A stretch of 64,000 nucleotides of DNA, taken from an uncultured Planctomycetota bacterium (GTDB lineage Bacteria; Planctomycetota; Planctomycetia; Isosphaerales; Isosphaeraceae). The DNA lies in the NCBI GenBank assembly GCA_963845755.1, contig CAWJTV010000031.1, positions 160,001 through 224,000 of the forward strand, given 5' to 3'. The translations under genes and the position numbers were made by a program. Shown in pieces: positions 60,691-64,000 of the stretch (position 1 is the stretch's first letter; each line of letters opens with the position of its first letter). Below the pieces are notes generated by a model. That model was not told where the DNA came from and did not search any database. It saw nothing but the letters and a program-made list of their open reading frames with translations.

Positions 60691-63600
60691 ATGAGCACGA
60701 GTGTTCTCGGTCGCACCTGGGACGACGCCGCGACTCCCGAGGTCGTCCGTCTCGTCCAACAGTTCGAGTCCGCGTGGCGTGCCGCCCGCGGCACGCGGCC
60801 CGATCCGCTCGAATTCCTCCCCGCCCGGCCTGGCGAGCGCCCCGGGGCCCTGCTGGCCCTCCTCCGCACCGATCTGGCCCTGCGTCGCCAGGCCGGCGAG
60901 TCGGTCCGCGTCGAGTGGTATCAATGTCACTATCCGGCGATCGATGACGAGGCCCTCGTGGCCCTGATCTACGAGGAGTATTGCCTCCGCGAAGAGGCCG
61001 GTGAGATCCCCGATCCGAACGAGTACGCGACCCGTTTTCCCGCGATCATCGGCCGGTGGCGCGAGGTTATCGAGATTCATGGATTCGTCGCCGAGTGCCC
61101 CAGCACGGCTCCCCATCCACCCGAGCCCGACCCCGGTTCGACCTTCCCGGAATCGGGCCAAACGATCGCCGGCTTCCGACTTGTCGAGGAACTGGGCCGC
61201 GGCTCTTTCGCGCGAGTCTTCCGCGCCGAGGAGCGTCGGCTGGGCGATCGAGCCGTCGTGCTCAAGGTCACCCGGCTGGGCACGCGCGAGCCGCAGACAC
61301 TGGCCCGATTGCAGCATACTCACATCGTCCCGGTCCACTCGTATCGGACGGAATCCGGCGACCGGGCTCCATCTGCTCTGCATGCCGTACTTCGGCCGCC
61401 TGACCCTGGCGCGTGCCCTGGCCGACCCGGCCGTGGCGACGGCACGGTCCGGAGCCGAGCTCGTCGCGGGCCTCGACCGCCTCCAGTCGCCGACCGAAGG
61501 CCCACCGTCGGCGGTACGGACCGCCCTGGCCAGACGGACATTCCCCAGGGCGATCGCCTGGTGGGGGGCTCGGCTCGCCGAGGCCTTGCAACATGCCCAC
61601 GAGCGCGGTGTGCTCCACCGCGACATCAAGCCGTCCAACGTCCTGCTGACCGACGACGGCCTACCCATGCTCTTGGACTTCAATCTGGCCAGCAACCGGG
61701 GAGCCGGAGACCCGACCGCGAGTCCCGAGCGAGTGGGAGGCACGCTGGCTTACATGGCCCCGGAACACCTGGAAGCCCTGATCGACCACGAGGCCGGTCG
61801 GATCGACCATCGTTCGGACATCTATTCGATGGGCCTCGTCCTCCAGGAGACACTCGGAGCGTTGCCGATCTCCCCGTCGGCTGGGTCAACCATGCCCGCC
61901 AATGCACCGTTCCGGCTCAGGGAGATCCGGCGGGCGGGCGTGCCGCCAACCCGCGACAACGCCCGCCCGATCCCCCCCGCCTTCCAGGCAGTCCTGCGGC
62001 GGTGCCTGGCCCCTGAGCCGGGCGATCGATACGCAACCGCCGCCGAGCTGGCGGCCGACCTGCAAGCGGTCGCCGACGGCGCTCCCCTGCGATTTACTCG
62101 CGAGCCGATCGCCAGCCGCGTGGCCGGCTGGGTCCGTCAAAACCGCTTCCGGATGGCGCTGACCGGCCCACTGCTCGCCGTCTTGATCGGGGTCACGGTC
62201 GCCTGGCTCCAGGCACAAACGAACCGCCTGCGCCAAGAGGCGGAAGTGCGTCAGTTGTTCTCCCTGGGACGGCAATGGCTCGATGTGGGCGATTGCGCCC
62301 AGGCGGCCATGCAGCTCAAGACCGCCGCCGACCAGGCCGAAGGTTGGCCCGGGCTGCGGGCTCTGCGACAGGCCGCCCTCGATCTGAGCGAACGGGCCCA
62401 CGAGAGCGATGCGATTCGCAAGCAGGCCGACACATTCAGCCGAGACGTCGACCCCATGCGGTTCCACTTGCTCGGTTTCGGCGGCGATGCCGCGTCCGCC
62501 TCGCTCGACCTGGAGGCCGCCCTGGCGCCCTTCGGCGTGCTCCAGGACGCGAACTGGTTCCGACGGGATCGGCTCGGCCGGCTCGACGAGCCGCGGCGCG
62601 ATCGGCTCATCGAAGAGGTCAACGAACTGCTGTTTATCTGGCTGTTCGCGGTCGGCAGGGATCGGCAAGGCGACCGAGAGATGGCGCACCGCGCCGTCTG
62701 GCTCTGCGACCGGGCGCTGGTCTTCGTCGAGCCGCGCGCCCCTGGGACTACTTGCGCGACTGGTGGCGCGGTTCGGTGGGCGAACTCGCGCACGCACCGA
62801 CGGCGCCCCGCAAGGTCACGGGCGAGAATTCGGCGCGGGCCTGCTTCCAGTGGGGTCTACTCGCCGTGCTTGAGCACGACCGACGCCAGGCACTCGCATG
62901 GCTCGGCCGGGCGCGGTTCCTCCGGCCCGATAACTACTGGCACCAGTATGCCTTGGCCTATCAACTCGAACGGGCGGGCGATGTCGACGGCGCCCTGGTC
63001 CACTATGAGGCATCGATCGCTTTGCGGCCCGGCGCCCCTTGGGCCCGATACAATCGAGCCCATCTCTCCGCAATCCGACACGAGTGGCTCCCGGCCCTGC
63101 GCGACCTGGATATCGCCGTGACTTCGGCGAGCGACATCCCCATGGATGGCGCCCGTTTTCGGATCGAGCGTGGCAAGATCCGCCAGGCGATTGGCGACGT
63201 GTTGGGAGCCCGTGCCGACTTCGAAGCGGCCCTCGCGGTCGCCCCCTCGGGCCGGATCGCCCGCGACGCGCGGATCGACCGGGCCCGGCTCTTTGCCGAG
63301 ACCGGCGCCCTGCGGTGGGCGCAAGCCGAATATGACGCCTTGCTCGACGCGGACGCCTCGGATCGGACGGCTCGCCTCGCCCGCGCGCAGGCTGGCGCTC
63401 CGGCAGGGTCGAGCCGCCGAGGCCGACTCCGACCTGACCCGGCTCCTGAGCGAAGGCCCGGGCCTGTCCCGACAGATCCGCGCCGATTGGTTGTCGAGTC
63501 GGGCACTCGCACGTCTCTCACTGGGTCGAGTCTCCGAGGCCATCACCGATGCCGAATCGGCCATGAAACTGGATCCGAGCCCGACCCGGGCCCGCATCCG

Positions 63601-64000
63601 CGCCGGACCGCCCTGGCCGCTGGCTGTCCGGTCGACGAATCGATGCTCCACCCCGACGCGATCGCCGCCTGGCCACTGAGTGGAGCAGCGTTGGGCACCG
63701 ACCTCAGGGCGGCGACGGACCGGCCGGGCTCGGTCGCACTCGACGCGCCGGAATCCACCACGGCCTCGGCCTGTCGCGCCCGCGCCGCGATGCTCAGCGC
63801 CCTCGGTGAGCACGCGGCCGCGGTGACCGTCGCCGATCGGGCCGTGGCTTGCGCACCCTCCACCTCGTCCTATTTGCTCAGGGGCGAGGTCCGACTCCGC
63901 GCGGGCGACCGTCTCGGGGCACTGGCCGACGTCGAGCGAGGCCTGATCCTCGATCGCGATGACCCCGAGCTGCTCGTGTTTCGCGGCCGGCTCGCGATCG
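60691..64000 (+). CDS. Ser/Thr protein kinase with TM and TPR repeats; several frameshifts; runs off the right edge
   Basis: LIYEEYCLREEAG, LGRGSFARV, EPQTLARLQH, HRDIKPSN, LLDFNLA, GGTLAYMAPE, DIYSMG, TM helix, then TPR-like Ala/Arg/Leu helices. Confidence 0.87.

Noticed and set aside
19154..64000. Many frameshifts in conserved genes (SNF2, kinases, DUF1501, DUF1549, ptsI, ECF) read as mass pseudogenisation or programmed frameshifting
   Set aside because: They are small indels scattered through otherwise intact genes, including housekeeping ptsI, with no consistent slippery motif. Long-read consensus error is the simpler explanation; raw reads would decide.

Overview
GC-rich bacterial DNA from a planctomycete, most likely Isosphaeraceae-like. 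Supporting this are two DUF1501 + DUF1549/DUF1553 operons, a planctomycete cytochrome c domain, 'LExRxLL' extracellular proteins, ECF sigma/Ser-Thr kinase pairs and a PEP-CTERM protein. Many conserved genes carry small frameshifts, most simply explained as long-read consensus errors. 1-14 kb: a duplicated, rearranged RND efflux locus with two near-identical permeases, one normal and one tandem hairpin-less adaptor, a TolC-like factor with a C-terminal LysM-like domain, two paralogous small proteins ending in P-x-R-C and a small wHTH regulator. 15.0-17.4 kb (best candidate for an undescribed system): a four-gene operon encoding a stand-alone PatA/PatG-like S8 protease, a 66-aa CxxC protein, a stand-alone PatG C-terminal (DUF) domain protein and a 103-aa precursor-like peptide with a 34-aa leader ending in GIIPQ and a 14-Cys core; no cyanobactin tailoring enzymes are present in the window. 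The remainder holds a LexA-like HTH/pRiA4b-ORF3 fusion divergent from an SNF2 + SWIM pair, two ECF/kinase modules, rarA, a CrtD-like + membrane desaturase pair, a repeat/beta-helix secreted protein, a decayed nucleotidyltransferase TA-like pair, BNR sialidase-like/MFS/NCS2 genes, PTS enzyme I and several REP-like palindromes. No rRNA, tRNA, CRISPR array or transposase was recognised. All family assignments come from motif recognition by eye; no database search was run.
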